NCBI GenBank assembly: GCA_008632985.1
Contig: QPGO01000002.1
Coordinates: forward strand, 186,001 to 250,000
Origin: Psammoneis japonica
Lineage: Eukaryota
Length of the DNA: 64,000 nt
Reading direction: 5' to 3'
The notes under the pieces are model-generated. The model was not told the DNA's origin. It ran no database searches and saw nothing but the letters and a program-made list of their open reading frames with translations. Positions 63,761-64,000 of the stretch are shown one piece after another. Numbering within the stretch: the stretch's first letter is position 1; every line of letters begins with the position of its first letter. The position numbers and the translations under genes were made by a program.

Positions 63761-64000
63761 GCTTACAATCAGGTCCAGGAGATTGGAGCTGGAGGCGCCG
63801 ATGCATTCAGAATCGTTAGCATGAGTATATCAATTACCCCTGTACGCTTTACAATGCGACGCTGCACAAAAGCTTACCCTCCTTGACATCTTCTTCCGAT
63901 GACTGAACTATTCCCAAATAGAGCGTATTCGTCACCTGGCATGGAATAATCACATTCGTGAGAAGAACACAGACAAGAAAGGTTTCAAAGCAGACAGAGT

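Overview
Eukaryotic nuclear DNA, most likely from a diatom (inference from GT-AG introns, a cingulin/silaffin-like protein with RXL motifs, and diatom-style LRR and PAS genes). The window alternates between two kinds of sequence. (1) Gene islands of normal composition: dihydroxyacetone kinase, PAS protein, TDT/SLAC1 transporter, a secreted double-SET methyltransferase head-to-head with a Gly/Tyr/Lys-repeat biosilica-like protein, a membrane lipase-3 protein, an NAD(P)-binding protein, CWC27, STI1/HOP, plus kinesin and ATRX-like pseudogenes. (2) Six domains covering roughly 40% of the window (about 1-7810, 8210-10600, 27880-30130, 31380-34180, 45840-50050, 54620-61600) of transposon- or duplication-derived DNA that has lost almost all TpA and usually CpG in favour of TpG/CpA. 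Paralogous copies inside the window and Tyr->Cys/His replacements in a piggyBac-like transposase and an LRR gene point to a directional, domain-restricted A->G hypermutation at T-A-pyrimidine. It is separable from 5mC deamination and opposite in outcome to fungal RIP; this is the best candidate for an undescribed system. The second candidate is the SET-methyltransferase/cingulin-like divergent pair with four CAACGGAAA motifs in the shared promoter. Single-base frameshifts in several housekeeping genes suggest assembly indel errors. There is an N gap at about 10792-11057. Compositional statements are by eye, not computed.
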